The notes under the pieces: model-generated
Database searches by the model: none
What the model was told of the DNA's origin: nothing
What the model saw: the letters and a program-made list of their open reading frames with translations, nothing else
Shown here: positions 11,458 through 24,846 of the stretch, one piece after another
Layout: every line of letters begins with the position of its first letter
Position numbering within the stretch: position 1 is the stretch's first letter
Assembly (NCBI GenBank): GCA_013115145.1
Contig: JAAPAO010000008.1
Location: 98,045-162,044, forward strand
Length of the DNA stretch: 64,000 bases
Source of the DNA: Perkinsus chesapeaki ATCC PRA-425
Lineage: Eukaryota > Protista > Perkinsozoa
Reading direction: 5' to 3'
Position numbers and translations under genes: made by a program

Positions 11458-14400
11458 ATGATCCGCTCCGGGATCGTTCTTTCCACGGAGCCTTCTTTTG
11501 GTGGGGTGTACGCTGATTCCGAGACGGAACGACCATCGTCACCTGCAAGTGGGCCACAGATGGGTAACGGTCCTATAGGCTTGTATATCGCTATTAGTGT
11601 TCACCACGTAGGGCACATGGACAGTCGAAGTAGTATGGCGTCGATGTTGCGAGAAGCCAAGTCGAAGGACGTTTTATCACGATCTGAATTGCTGAGGATA
11701 ACCAAGGCATATGAGGAGGCGGAGACGGAAACTAAAGACGTGAACGCTGGCGAGTATCTTTTCCTTGGTAAGCTGATTGAAGGAAGTTATATTATTGTGT
11801 GGAAATACATTCGCATTAGGTAATTTCACAATGCAGTTTTGGAATGCATTTAATAACTGGAACTTCCGTTATTGGGTATGCTTATTATTTGTTGGATTCG
11901 CCGTTTACACTGGTGAACATTTATCTACTTACTTCTTAACAAAAGCAGCAATCAGCCAGAACCAAGAGACAATGGGGCTATTTACATCTCCTTTTCATAC
12001 GTGGATTGGATACTTCTACTTCATTATTGGTCCAGTAAGCTACACAGTATCAATCTCGTCGCAGTGTCTTTCTTTCAGCTGATGCTTTTCCTCGGTGGCG
12101 TCCTGTTGTTGCTCAACCCCTACGTCAAGCACACTCACACCATAGTAGCTTACTCTATCATACTTACGCTCATTTGTGAATTTGTATGTGTCGTGGGAGA
12201 TCCATACACATTCACATGCACGAGGGCTATGCCAATTCCTATGGTGCTATTCCTGGCCTGCATGAGCTCGAGACTTTTCCCCAGTGTCAGCTTCCTAGCA
12301 GTGGCACTCTATATGGGAGGTAAGCGTCACCTCCTCTGACGCATTTCCAGCTTGGAGGACTCTCACAGGTATACCCTTTCAGGTACGGACATTGCCCTAA
12401 TAGTGTACTCCTCTTCTGGTGAGTATACGGCCCCCTATATTATGATGATATGGGCCGGTGTTCTATGTCATTGGTTTGTAAGCTCAACAATATCCTTCCC
12501 ATATCTTTTATTATTCCTTTTCATTAGGTATTCGGTCTGTGTCTGGTTGGTAGCGGTAATCTGCTCCGTGCCCAATCTGATCTATTCTCCCTTATGATGG
12601 ATAGATTACAGTTTAAAGAGAGAGATGACGGTGCTTATGATTTGGGAATACATGTAGGTCTCGTGGCCTGATTGATATATGTTAATTTCGGAGGCTTATC
12701 GGGTGAACTGCCTTTTTTCATCTTAGGCTGTCAGCCAACCTATGTTGAAGTACTTCGAAGATAATTATAAAGCAGCTTATGCAAAGTGTTTCAGAAGCAA
12801 AGTGGACGAGAAAGAGTAGGACTCACTGCAGGGCTTCATATCTGCAGCTAGCTGCTCGCAAACTTCGGTCATTGTTCCATAACCTTCCTGTTGGGGAATT
12901 TCTCATACCTCAACATCTATCGTTCCTTTCCTCTCTTTTATTAGTACCTAGCCTTGCTGCTGTAATGCTCCTACTTATTCAGATACAGTCTATGGGCTAG
13001 GTCCCGTCAAACATTCTGGATAACCCGACATATGAGATGGGCCATCGTAGGCGTTGTCTTGTAAGATATGGCTCTTCTAATTGGCCTCATATGTTATCCG
13101 TAGGTTGATCGCTGCTATGATATTCGTAGCGGCTGATTTTCATGAAGGTCCTAATGGCAACGCTGCTGGTCCAGTAGCAGGAGTTGTGGTAGGCACTTTC
13201 GGCAAGCTGTAATTCCCATTGATCATCCTGATCTTCGTTCAGGTACAAGTCTTGAGCGCGTTGGTCTTACTCATCGCAGTGTGTCTGTGTGTGATATCAT
13301 TCGGGAAGCCTCGTCTTCTATTATCTGCCTCTGTACTGTTCTTTGTATCGGCTGCTATGTTCTCCTGTGTATATATCTATAACTATGGTAGAGCATTCCA
13401 GGCGGTAAGCTCTTTGTGCATCGTGTCACAAGGCGATTTTGTTTTAATATCAGTGGAAAGACGATGCCCCCGACGTCACGCACTATGGCCCAGTCATGAC
13501 CCGTATGGTGTGGGCAACCGATCCTGTAAGCTCCTTATCAGCCACTAATTGCAATTCTTTACCGTAGGGCCTGTTTACCATAATAGCAACTCATGTGACC
13601 ATGTCGGATATTGGCGCCCTACCGCTGCTCTTCATCGATGTATTCGTTACCACTGGCGTCATTCTGAGGTGAGACTCGTGTAGCTTTAGGAAGCTGTGCA
13701 ATAATATGGCGGTTCTGTGCGGATATGGGTCGATTGGGTTTCTCTCAGTTCTGAATTCTGGTTGGAGCATCCCTCCAGCTTGTTGTCGATGGCCGACTTA
13801 GTCAACTATCTCATTATCATTGCAGCCGGTAGGCCTCGTGAAAAGCACATCGCTTGAATATATGCGGTTATCTTCTTTCAGCGTTCTTGTATACATTAAA
13901 TCTTGAAAGCCATTGGCGCTTACTGTGGGCTATGTCCCGTGATAGAGTGCCAACATCTCCAGATACGTATGTATCTGTAGAAGGATGTGCCACTGAATTC
14001 AGTACCAAAACTATGTACTATTTCCGAGTCCATCAAGGAGGAAGTAGATATTCGTTGCCACTTAAGCTACACCGGTTCCTGGGATAGGTTCATATTTATC
14101 ATTACAGTCTACCCAGAAGTTGAGGGATATACTCGTGAAAGATGCGGAGCAAGAGCCTCACGAGTGGCAACAGTAAAGTCTAGAGGCATGTCGCAGGAAT
14201 AGCTAGGTCGGTCCTGCAGATATATATGCCTAAGTTTTGATAACCTTGATCATGCTGGTGAAGGTGTTATTGAGACTAGAATGCATAGATTACAAGTTGT
14301 TATTAATGGTATTGTTAATCGTCGTCCAGATCTGGTAAGTGTATAATAATAATGATTAATCATTCCTTTAATAGGTATCAAAGATGTTTCCTCGTCCTGA

Positions 14401-17400
14401 GGGTAATCATGTACCTAGAATGAATATTACTCTTATTGATGTTGGCAGTCGTGGTGATGTCGAACCATATATTGCCATTTCCAAGGTATAAATCTCACGT
14501 TCTTCTTCGAATGGAAGTGTTGGATCTGTCTCAGGAACTGAACGCAATGGGTCATCATTGTCGTCTCTGCACGCATGAGAAATTCCGAAACGTTATTGAG
14601 AAGAACGGTATAGAGTTTTTCCCAATGGCACTCGATGCCCCCGGCCACTGGCAGCCTGAGACGTTGATGAAGTAAGTATACTTCGAATAGTCGGCACCAG
14701 TTGTCTATATTTAGGATTGCCTCTGAGAGCCCCTCGTGGAATCCGGGATTCCTTGTCAGCCCTCATGACATGAATTTTGTGCTTCACAATACGTCGTTGA
14801 TGAAACAGTCTGTTCGCGAGCTTTTCTTCTTCCCTGGATGGGAGAAGGGCGACGTTGGAGCATGGGGCGCCGTTAAGAGTGAGAATCCGGTTGGTGGATT
14901 CGCTTCAACTTCACTCGCCACGATATTGCTTTTGGACTGGTCTTTGTGGTTTTAGGCGCTCCTGAAAAGCGATGGGTTACTCATGCTATGATATCTAATC
15001 CCCCCGCTTACGTTCACGTACACATTGCCGAGCGCCTAGGCGTGCCCCTTCATATGTACTTAATGAAGAAGATGGTATAACTAGTAGAACTGGACTCTAT
15101 AGGTTCTTCCCAATGCCATGGTCAAGAACGAAACTATTGGGGCATCCAATGAGTTCGAAGGAGCTTAACGATAATCCTTATTGGCGAGAGCTCAGCTACA
15201 GTTGGTTCGATCAGGTATACGTGATGCATTAAGTGCTTGTCGTTTACTTCGTATATTTCAGATGCAATGGCACGGAATGTCCGCTGCGGTGAATAAGTAC
15301 CGTAAGAAAGTTTTACACATCCCTAAGATCGGCATGTGGCACAGTGCTGGATCCCTATTAGAAGAATGGGGTGTAAGTGTGAATATTGTCAATCACGTCT
15401 CATTCTTGCATAGGGGCTGTATTACGATAGGTGTTGTTGTTTTAGGTACCATTCTCATACTGCTTCTCACCGTCACTCTTCCCAAAGCCGCCAGATTGGG
15501 GCCCGAATATCGAGATCACCGGTGTATGCTCCAATGGAAGTAGACAGTCATTCCGTGACGCTTGAGGCGTTCAGGGATCTTATCAGGTATAGAGAATACA
15601 ACATACAATCCTCCGGCGGATCTTGCCAACTTCTTAAGCAACGGACCTAAGCCCTTCTATATTGGCTTTGGCAGTATTAGTGGTGATCTCACTTACATGT
15701 AAGGCCTAATTATGTGGCGCAGTGACGCTAAATGCTACTGTTCAGATATAAACCGATCTTGCAAGCCGTCAAGAAAATGCCCAATTTGAGGGTTATAGTC
15801 CAGAAAGGTTGGTGCGACCTCAACGGCGTCTCCGCTGAGGACTTCACATCCATACCAGGTATCTAGCGCATCTCCTATCCGTGGTTACATTTGCCTTCAG
15901 ATTTCCAAAAAAGAGTGTTCCTAATCGCTGCTCCACCCGAGCGCTGTCCTAAGTGCCGTAGACCCAGGGCTTCATTCACGCAGTAAGCTTCTTTTCTATT
16001 GTGAAAATACGGCAGCGCTTGGGCAATTTCGAAGGCAGCTAGTTTCGTGGAAGTGGTGAGTGATGATCTCTCATTTGTCAGTAATGGTTTATTCTGTGAT
16101 GAATGTGATGGTTCATCAATAGAGGATGCTGAAGGGACGTGGGAATACGATATGTTGAAAGCATTAGGATCTGATAATATATCCTTCTTATCTGGTATTT
16201 ATATTAATATTATATAATAATAAATACTTCCCTCCAACAGGTATACCACATGATTGGCTATTCCCTAAATGTTGTGCTGTAATGCATCATGGCGGTGCTG
16301 GTACCACTGCTATGGGTTTGGACTTCGGCCTTCCTACCTGTATTATTGCATTCTTTGGAGACCAATGGATCTGGGGTGAGAGCTGCTGGCGCGATCCTTT
16401 CCCGTATATAATCAAGCCCTACTGTAGCGTTTCTCAACATGTTCGTCCTAGGTGGCCTGGTTGAACTACAAGGAGCTGGTAAATTCCTTAGGAGGGATAG
16501 GGTCAACTCAGAGAACATGAAGGCCTCTCTGGAATTTGCCCTCACTGATGGAGCTCGGGCGGCTGCCAAGAGATTGCAAGGAGAGTTCAAGGTGAGCGGA
16601 TATCTGCACTTCTTGGCTGCTTCGTAGCATTCTACTGTATTGTTAGGATGAGCGAGATCGAGGTATGGGTGCTCATGAAGCAGCTCTTAGTTTCCAACGT
16701 CAATTACCATTAGAGCTAGTTACTTGTGAATTATGTAGAGTAATGGCTCGATGGGAACCAGATATGTCATATAGGCCAAGAGCAGCTGAATATCGTGATA
16801 CAGTTAGAGATATTGGTTTATGTAATATAATATTATTAACCATAATAATATATTAGTTATATTCAGGTCCGGTATGTGCTGTTACATTAGCTGAATCTGA
16901 AGGATTAGTAGTAGCACCATTCCGAACAGCTGATTGGGGCAGGACCAGAGGAGGCATCCTTTATGTTCATTTCGTAAGTAGACGAGTGTGTCTTCTTGTA
17001 TTTAACTCTACGTCAGGTAAGAGCGCTGAAAGCTTCTACTAGGCTTTTTAAACGCATGGTTCAAGGCGGTCAGACAGGAGGAGTATACGGCTTCTTCATT
17101 GGTAGTCTTTCCCCGATTTGCGATTTCCTTTCGCAATCGACAATCAGGTGTCATGGCGGGCATACTAGAGTTCATTGTATTCATTGTATGTGCGCCATTC
17201 GTGTTTGTACGTGATAGCTGGAGAGTAGCCACTCAGCTGGCACAGGGGACAGCAGGTGATGTAGTTCGCCTGTGCGCATTTAGTTCAGCCAATGCTTGTG
17301 GTTCAGACGGTCGTCAGCTTGGTGGCCGTGACACGAAGACAGCTGATGCGGAACTGCTTAACGGACTGGTAAGTGGAGCTAGGGGTTTGTGGGAGATCCG

Positions 17401-17790
17401 CTCGTGTGGCAGGTATTAATCGATGATAAGAATTATGGTGATGTCCGCGCGGTTCCAGCTAGCACGTTAGAGAGCGACGATAAAGAACTTGACGAGGAGG
17501 AGTTTGCCTTCTTGCTTCACCGAACTGAGAGGGCGCTTTCGGAGCTGGAAAATAAGTAGGCTGTATCTTACTGACGCGTGACTTATCGGTGTTACTTGCT
17601 TAGCCGGTCGCGTGTACATAGAATGACAGAGGCAGTTTGTCAACTGTTTGAACGTCGTGGTGTGGGTATGGAATTCACAGCGAAGACTGCCTATCAAGAG
17701 CCCTTATTGAATCCAGGGGATAAAGTCCTTGCGGAAGAGGAATCAAAAGTGACTGATAATAGAACTAAAGTCACCATAAGGGGAGCATAG
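11458..17790 (+). CDS. multi-pass membrane domain fused to a sterol 3-beta-glucosyltransferase-like (UGT80/Atg26-type, GT1) enzyme, copy 1
   Basis: MNITLIDVGSRGDVEPYIA (~14410-14480), KPFYIGFGSI, and UDPGT signature HDWLFPKCCAVMHHGGAGTTAMGLDFGLPTCIIAFFGDQWIWG (~16245-16375). Upstream exons 11458-14350 are hydrophobic. Many short introns. Confidence 0.85.
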
Positions 17791-18174
17791 GTGAACTATC
17801 GACGGATGAGCTGGGGATTCCTTTGTGTTAGCTGTCCCCTTTCTAGGTGATCTGGACGATATATAACGTGTTATGATTCATGCTTGGGGCGTGTGGTTGA
17901 TGAGCTCTCCCTGTACAGCATATCATATTTGCAGGCATTAAATCCGAGCTGTATCATAGCCACTGTAGAAATGCTTCGAAGTTTTCGCTCTTTTCGTACT
18001 TCCACGATCCTAAGTTCAGTCTCGGATCCTGAGTCAGTTAATTTATTTCTTCCCAATATGCTTACTTTTCACTTTCCACCTTCCATAACTCCATGGTGTT
18101 GTGTGGTATCCCTAACTTGGCATTCTTAACCTTCAGTATTCCATTCGAATCAACAACCGTCTCGGGTCAACACA

Positions 18175-21100
18175 ATGATTCGAGCATTCCTTGCTCACTC
18201 CCCTATAGGCTCGTTCGGTGGAGTTCACACTGATATAGAAGGCACCACGAGGGCGCCTCTTTCCCGTTCCAATACCAGTAAGTATCGTCAGCAGTTTCAC
18301 CAGATCGGGTATGATAGAGTTTCCGTTTCGTTTTGTTAAGGTCATCAGCGCTTGGCGAATACCTCCGAGCTCCGCAAGGCTGGATCGGATGGAAAGCTAT
18401 CTCAGTCTGAGCTGCTAAGAATCAAGAAAGCATATGAAGAGGCTGACAGCGAAACTAAAGACGTGAACGCTGGCGAGTATCTTTTCCTTGGTAAGCTGAT
18501 TGAAGGAAGTTATATTATTGTGTGGAAATACATTCGCATTAGGTAATTTCACAATGCAGTTTTGGAATGCATTTAATAACTGGAACTTCCGTTATTGGGT
18601 ATGCTTATTATTTGTTGGATTCGCCGTTTACACTGGTGAACATTTATCTACTTACTTCTTAACAAAAGCAGCAATCAGCCAGAACCAAGAGGCAGCGGAG
18701 ATGCTTACATCTCCATTTCAATCATTGGCTGGATACTTCTACTTCATTATTGGTCCGGTAAGTTTTTAGAATTCTTTAAAATCTTATAATCTCCTATTCC
18801 AGCTAACGCTTCTCGTCGGTGGCGTAGTGTTGTTGCTCAACCCGTACGTAAAGCACACTCACACCATAGTAGCGACATCTATACTACTGACGCTATTCTG
18901 TGAATTCGTATGTGTGGTTGGAAGCCCCGATACCTTCACGGCTATGAGGCCTATGTCGGTTCCTATGGTATTATTCCTTACGTGCATGAGTTCAAGACTA
19001 TTTCCGAGTGTTAGCTTTCTGGCGGTTGCGCTATATCTTATTGGTAAGTGGTTGTTAGTACATCAGCAGTTACAATCACTTCTTTCAGGTATTGATTTCG
19101 CGTTGCTTGTATGCAGCTGCTCTGGTGGTTATACGCCTTCTTACAAGATGATGATTCTGGCCGGTGTTCTATGTCATTGGTTTGTAAGCTCAACAATATC
19201 CTTCCCATATCTCTTATTGTTGCTTTTCATTAGGTATTCGGTCTGTGTCTGGTTGGTAGCAGTAATCTGCTCCGTGCTCAAGCTGATCTATTCTCTCTTA
19301 TGATGGATAGATTACAGTTTAAAGAGAGAGCTGACGGTGCTTATGATTTGGGAATACATGTAGGTCTCGCTACTTCTATGCCTTTATACTTTACCCTAAT
19401 TCTCCTTCGTTCGGAAGTAACCAACAATGGAAATATGCCGCAATATTTTTTAGGGTGTAAGCCTCCCGATGCTGAGCTATTTCAAAAATAATTACACAGC
19501 ACCAATCTCACATACATTCGACTCTAATGTCGATGAGAAAGAGTAAGTATGGGCCAGCTCCCATTCTACTAGCTGTATCGTAAAGTCACTTTACGCTACA
19601 CTACACTTTACTAAAGTGTATTGAGTGTGTACTTGCATCGCCGCCAGGTATCACTTATGGGCAAGATCTCGGCAGACCTTCTGGATTACCCGTCATATGA
19701 GATGGGCAGTGGCCGGTGTCTTGCTGTGAGTCCTCGCAGGCTGTCAACTCGTTTTAATGCGTACCGGCTTTTAGACTGGTTTCGGCAATGATTTTTGTCG
19801 CTGTCAACTTCCATGGCCCGCTGAACGGCAACACTGTGAGTATGGTATCCGGCGTAGTGGTAAGCCAGCCACGGGTATCCTATGATCCCTGCTTTTATGC
19901 CTCGTCCAGGTTCAAGTGGCGAGTGTTCTACTCCTATTCATAGCGGTCTGCCTGACAGTCGTATCGTTCGGCAAGCCGCGCCGTCTTGTAGCCGCTGGCC
20001 TCTTGTTCTTTGTATCGTCGTCTCTCTTCTCCTGCGTCTACGTCTACAACTTCGGACGGGCTGTAGAAGATGTAAGTTGCCTCTCCACTCTCCACTATGG
20101 TTATATTTTCTCAATACCTCACTTGAGAGAGTGCTCTTATCATGCCACTTCGCTAAACTCCGAAATTCTGATTCATCTCCGCTGGTGTACTGTATATTCG
20201 ATACCAAGGCCCATAGCGAACCGTACAAGAAAAGAGTCTGTCACCCCGTAGACTGTGAAATCCGTACACTAAGATGCCATTCAGTGTTTTATCCTACGGG
20301 TAGCCAAATCAAACTGCTAACATTACTCTTTTTCAGCCTGGCTCTAATTCGCTCGGTCTTCACCGCTATGGCCCAGCAGTACTGAGAATGGTATGGGTAG
20401 CTGACCCAGTAAGTACTGTAGGCAGTATCGACACTGTGTACTTTTGGACTTTAGGGCCTCTCAACAATAATAGCTAGTCATGTTACAATGTCGGATATCG
20501 GTGCCGGGCGCCTTCTGCTTATCGATATTATTGTTACCATTGGTGTCATTGCAAGGTAGTATCCCCCATCCTAATTGCCCATCTTTTTTTGCTCAGTTCG
20601 TTGTTCTGGCTGGAGAACACCTCTGTGTTGTTGTCCATGACAGATTTAGTTAATTTCGTCATAGTCGTCGCAGTCGGTAGGCGGCATTGGAAGCACATCA
20701 ATTGAATATATGCGGCTATTTTCTTTCAGCGTTCTTGTATACATTGAATCTTGAAAGCCATTGGCGCTTACTGTGGGCTATGTCCCGTGATAGAGTGCCA
20801 ACATCTCCAGATACGTATGTATCTGTAGAAGGATGTGCCACTGAATTCAGTACCAAAACTATGTACTATTTCCGAGTCCATAAAAAGAGTGGTATGACCT
20901 TTACAGAATTTCGGGCCGAGATTATGCTGCTTTAGATTCCTATCTTTCCCTGCAGTCCACGAGAAGGTTGCGAGATCTTCTTGTGAAAGAAGCTGCCGAG
21001 AACCCCAAGGGCTGGCAGCAGTAAGATTACATACAGTGTGATCTGGTAGGACTTTGGCGGCTCTTGTAGGTACATTGACTTAAGTTTTGATAACCTTGAT

Positions 21101-24100
21101 CATGCTGGTGAAGGTGTTATCGAGACTAGAATGCATAGATTACAAGTTGTTATTAATGGTATTGTTAATCGTCGTCCAGATCTGGTAAGTGTACAGGTAT
21201 AATAATAATGATTAATCATTCCTTTAATAGGTATCAAAGATGTTCCCTCGTCCTGAGGGTAATCATGTACCTAGAATGAATATTACTCTTATTGATGTTG
21301 GCAGTCGTGGTGATGTCGAACCATATATCGCTGTATCTCAAGTAGGACGTTCGGCTCCTGCGTATTCGTTCAATCCTAATCAAACTTTGTAGGAGCTCAA
21401 CGCTATGGGTCATCATTGCCGCATTTGCACCCATGATAAATTCCGTGATGTAGTGGAAAAGGAAGGTGTCCAATTCTTTCCCATGGCTCTTGATGCTCCC
21501 GGCCATTGGCAGCCAGAAGAGTTCATGAAGTAAGGACTGTCTAGGTAGCACCAGTACAGCGCTAATGTCAGGCACGGTGCCGAGGGACCTTCGTGGAGCC
21601 CGAGCTTCCTGGTGAACCCATCGGATATGCTGTATATATTGCAGCATACTCCGGGCATGATGGAATCCCTTCGAGAGATCTTTTTCCCTCCAGGATGGGA
21701 AACAGACAAGGTCGGGGCATGGGCAGCTGTAAAGAGTAAGCCTGATCTCGTACGGCACCTTAAACGGAAACTGGCCCTTTGGTAGGTAATCGTGAAAGCC
21801 GTTGGACGACACATGCTATGATCGCCAATCCTCCCTCCTACATTCATGTTCATCTTGCTGAGCGTCTCGGAGTTCCCCTGCATATGTGAGCGAGTAGGTT
21901 GTCCATTAGGCAATGCCGCCGTAGGTACTTCTCTATGCCGTGGTCTAAGACCAAGATACTGGGCCATCCGTTCAGTTCCAATGGTATGGACGATAATCCG
22001 TATTGGCGTCTACTCAGCTATCGCTGGTTCGATCAAGTAAGTTGAGTATGTCACCTATATGGTAGGAATACCCCATCACATCAGATGCAATGGCGTGGTA
22101 TAGCAGCGGTAGTGCCGAAATTCAGAGCAGAGGTCCTACACATTCCCAAGATAGGCATGTGGCATTCAGCTGGATCGCTGTTAGAAGACTGGGGGGTGAG
22201 CTCTGCTGCATGTACTAGGTCATTGATTTCAGCAGGTTCCGTTCTCATACTCGTTCTCCCCGACACTCTTCCCGAAGCCTCCGGATTGGGGCCCGAATAT
22301 CGACATTACAGGATTCTGCACTGGACCAGGTGAAACTCTTACAATGCATCATGAACTAAATGGAAATCATGTCAGATGAGGATAAGGCGAGCTATAATCC
22401 TCCGGCGAATCTTGCCAACTTCTTAAGCAGCGGACCTAAGCCCTTCTATATTGGCTTTGGCAGTATTAGTGGTGATCTTACTTACATGTAAGGCCTAATT
22501 ATGTGGCGCAGTGATGCTCTATGTGGCTGTTTAGATTTAAGCCTATCTTGCAATCTGTTAAGGAAATGCCCAATTTGAGGGTCGTACTGCAGAAGGGTTG
22601 GTGTGAGCTCAACAGTATATCTGCTTCGGACTTCACCTCTATACCGAGTAAGGCGGATAGTTACTCATTCTGTCTGGGGCTCGCCGGCTTGTCGTATTCT
22701 TGTCTTGTTAGACTTCAAAGAGAGAGTATTCTTTATTTGCACGCCTCCTGAGCGTTGCCCGAAATGTGGCAGGAAGCCGGATGCATACTCACAGTAGGTT
22801 AACCATCTGATCGGCTGTCACTGGGGGATCGATCATGAGCTATAATGGAGTGGTGAGTGATGGTTTCTCATTTTTCAGTAATGGTTTATTCTGTGATGAA
22901 TGTGATGGTTCATCAATAGAGGATGCTGAAGGGACGTGGGAATACGATATGTTGAAAGCATTAGGATCTGATAATATATCCTTCTTATCTGGTATTTATA
23001 TTAATATTATATAATATTAAATACTTCCCTCCAACAGGTATACCACATGATTGGCTATTCCCTAAATGTTGTGCTGTAATGCATCATGGCGGTGCTGGTA
23101 CCACTGCCATGGGTTTGGACTTCGGCCTTCCTACCTGTGTTATTTCATTCTTTGGAGACCAATGGATCTGGGGTAACCTCCATATCGCGGGCTTGACCAA
23201 AATCCCTTCCTTCAGGTGGCCTCCTTGAGCTTCGCGGTGCTGGGCGTTGCATACATAGAGATAACGCCAGTGTGAAAACCATCCGCCCGGCCTTGGAGGG
23301 CTGTATGACGAAGGAAGCTGTCGCTGCCGCTAAGACGTTGCAAAAGGGCTTGCTGGTAAGTTGGACAGTTGTGGAGTTCATTGCAGCATTTTCCTGTATT
23401 GTTAGGATGAGCGAGATCGAGGTATGGGTGCTCATGAAGCAGCTCTTAGTTTCCAACGTCAATTACCATTAGAGCTAGTTACTTGTGAATTATGTAGAGT
23501 AATGGCTCGATGGGAACCAGATATGTCATATAGGCCAAGAGCAGCTGAATATCGTGATACAGTTAGAGATATTGGTTTATGTAATATAATATTATTAACC
23601 ATAATAATATATTAGTTATATTCAGGTCCGGTATGTGCTGTTACATTAGCTGAATCTGAAGGATTAGTAGTAGCACCATTCCGAACAGCTGATTGGGGCA
23701 GGACCAGAGGAGGCATCCTTTATGTTCATTTCGTACGTTTTAGCATTATGCATTGATGACTCCGTTAACTGTCATCTTCACTACAGGTTAAGGCTCTTGG
23801 TGCCGCAACGGCAGTTTTCAAGAGTATGATCCAAGGCGGTCATACTGGGGGAGTGTATGGCTTCTTCATTGGTAAGGAATCGCTCTTGAACTAGGAGAAC
23901 CATCACCCGTATCTCAGGAATTGTCGCCGGCATTTTCGAGTTCCTTGTGTTCATCGTTCTCGCTCCATTTGTCTTTATTCGTGATAGTTGGTGGGTAGCC
24001 ACTCAGTTGGCTCAAGGAACTGCAGGTAGGGCGCTCAAGCTTGGTCAATATGTACTGAATGATATCATCAGACGGTCGACAGCACGGTGGATTCGATACT

Positions 24101-24583
24101 AAGTTGTGTGACAGGGAACTCCTTGAAGGAATGGTCAGCAGGGATACGGATAACGTTACGATTTTGTAGGTGGTATTGTCTTTAGGTTGTGGTACATGAT
24201 GAAGCAAACCACGACATCCGGGCTGTTGCAAAAGATACACTGAAGGAGGATGATGAAGTGCTAAGTGCAACAGAGACAACGAAATTGACGGAGAGGACAG
24301 AGAGAGCCCTCAATGAGCTAGTACAGAAGTAAGGTGCCCTAGGAGTTCAGCAGCAGTCGACTAGCTATCCCGTCTCAGCCGATCTCGAGTACAGAGAATG
24401 ACCGAAGCGGTCTGCCAGCTGTTCGAGCGTCGTGGAGTCGGTATTGAGCTCACAGCTAAGAACGCGTATGAAGAGCCGCTGATTGAGCGGAAGATGATAA
24501 TAGCCGCTGAAGACGATGAAGCTACGAGTAGTGTCGAGACAACACCTGAGGCTCGCCCTTCGGTACCTGATATGGCAGAGTAG
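18175..24583 (+). CDS. multi-pass membrane domain fused to a sterol glucosyltransferase-like enzyme, tandem copy 2
   Basis: colinear with copy 1: start MIR..SFGGV.D, same GSRGDVEPY and HHGGAGTT motifs, same C-terminal MTEAVCQLFERRGVG exon. Confidence 0.85.
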
Positions 24584-24736
24584 TTCAACGCTTGCCAAGT
24601 AGCCTTAGGCAATTACATTGCCTCCTTTCCCTCTCAATGCTCTTTTCCTTATGTGAGCAGCAGCATGTCAATGAACCTTATGTATAACAGTGATGTAGTA
24701 TTGAATGATGTGCTCACTTAAAAACTGTCAGTATTC

Positions 24737-24770
24737 GGTAAATTACCCGCCTTGGTGAATTACTCGCCTT
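24737..24770. repeat. 17-bp imperfect tandem repeat upstream of VMS1
   Basis: ggtaaattacccgcctt followed by ggtgaattactcgcctt (2 mismatches). Confidence 0.7.
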
Positions 24771-24846
24771 TTGTAACCTCGACTGGCGTCACCTAGTCAT
24801 CCCGCTACTGCAATTTGTCTATTTCGGCAGCAGCCAGCCTTCCTAT

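Noticed and set aside
11262-11486. minus-strand ORF with an IQ-like RIIQAFKKRF stretch
   Set aside because: Overlaps the GT start region and has no other support
23995-24016. gtagccactcagttggctcaag resembles the spliced leader (GTAGCCA..TTGGCTCAAG)
   Set aside because: It lies in a coding exon (VATQLAQ). The paralogous exon in copy 1 encodes the same peptide with other codons (gtagccactcagctggcacag), so the match is explained by protein sequence
11458-24583. fragmented ORFs as evidence that the GT genes are pseudogenes
   Set aside because: The breaks I checked coincide with short GT-AG introns conserved in both copies, and the catalytic motifs are intact
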